From positions 1 through 58,318 of the forward strand of contig JBAXJI010000004.1 in NCBI GenBank assembly GCA_037137935.1: a DNA stretch of 58,318 nucleotides, in the 5' to 3' direction. Each line of letters begins with the position of its first letter. The first letter of the stretch is position 1. This document shows, piece after piece, positions 58,260-58,318 of this stretch. Both the position numbers and the translations under genes were made by a program. A model generated the notes under the pieces. The model had not been told where the DNA came from. It saw only the letters and a program-made list of their open reading frames with translations, and did not search any database. The DNA is from Candidatus Saccharimonadota bacterium (GTDB lineage Bacteria; Patescibacteriota; Saccharimonadia; Saccharimonadales; AQU-01).

Positions 58260-58318
58260 TGAAGTACTTTAAAAGTTTTAAGCGTGGGGTTCAGCTACAC
58301 TTAGGACTGATTTTACTG
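58260..58318 (+). CDS. Possible 5' end of a further gene (MKYFKSFKRGVQLHLGLILL...), truncated by window edge
   Basis: An ATG 10 nt after the previous stop, with the frame open to the end of the window. Confidence 0.25.

Overview
The window is a 58.3 kb, gene-dense, low-to-moderate G+C bacterial chromosome segment that uses the standard genetic code (TGA terminates dut and a Nudix gene). The gene content is a complete F1Fo ATP synthase operon, three sortases with surface-protein substrates, a type IV pilin, an Rpf-like muralytic enzyme, many small hypothetical proteins with basic tails, and little biosynthesis. This content fits a reduced, monoderm-like CPR/Patescibacteria genome such as Saccharibacteria, but that placement is inference only.

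Housekeeping content:
- UvrD-type helicase-nuclease (5' truncated by the window edge)
- aquaporin
- atpIBEFHAGD-(73 aa ORF)-atpC
- dut, plsC, smpB, pyrH, xth, gltX
- tRNA-Asn(GTT), tRNA-Ser(GGA), tRNA-Leu(CAA)
- two ABC exporters, NRAMP, TerC, glutathione peroxidase, glycosyltransferases and a NodB deacetylase

Observations most worth a second look:
1. A roughly 5.2 kb island sits next to tRNA-Asn. It is bounded by an exact 17-nt copy of the tRNA 3' end. It carries a zeta-toxin-like P-loop kinase, a small acidic ORF, a convergent (p)ppGpp-hydrolase-type HD protein, an orphan CofE-like ligase, a decayed HAD gene and a Nudix gene.
2. Two clusters inside that island hold pseudo tRNA-Asn T-arm units. 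Their T-loops are interrupted by 17-85 nt inserts, and some inserts show compensatory hairpin changes.
3. A heliorhodopsin gene is followed by a long leader with palindromes and a tight three-ORF cassette. Two paralogous small proteins flank a 73-aa fragment that resembles only the N-terminus of a Y-family/ImuB-like polymerase.
4. An unannotated 73-aa ORF is translationally coupled between atpD and atpC.
5. A roughly 150-nt G+C-rich rod-like hairpin lies between a CobA-like gene and dut and is a candidate ncRNA.

I saw no CRISPR array, no rRNA and no intact transposase or integrase.
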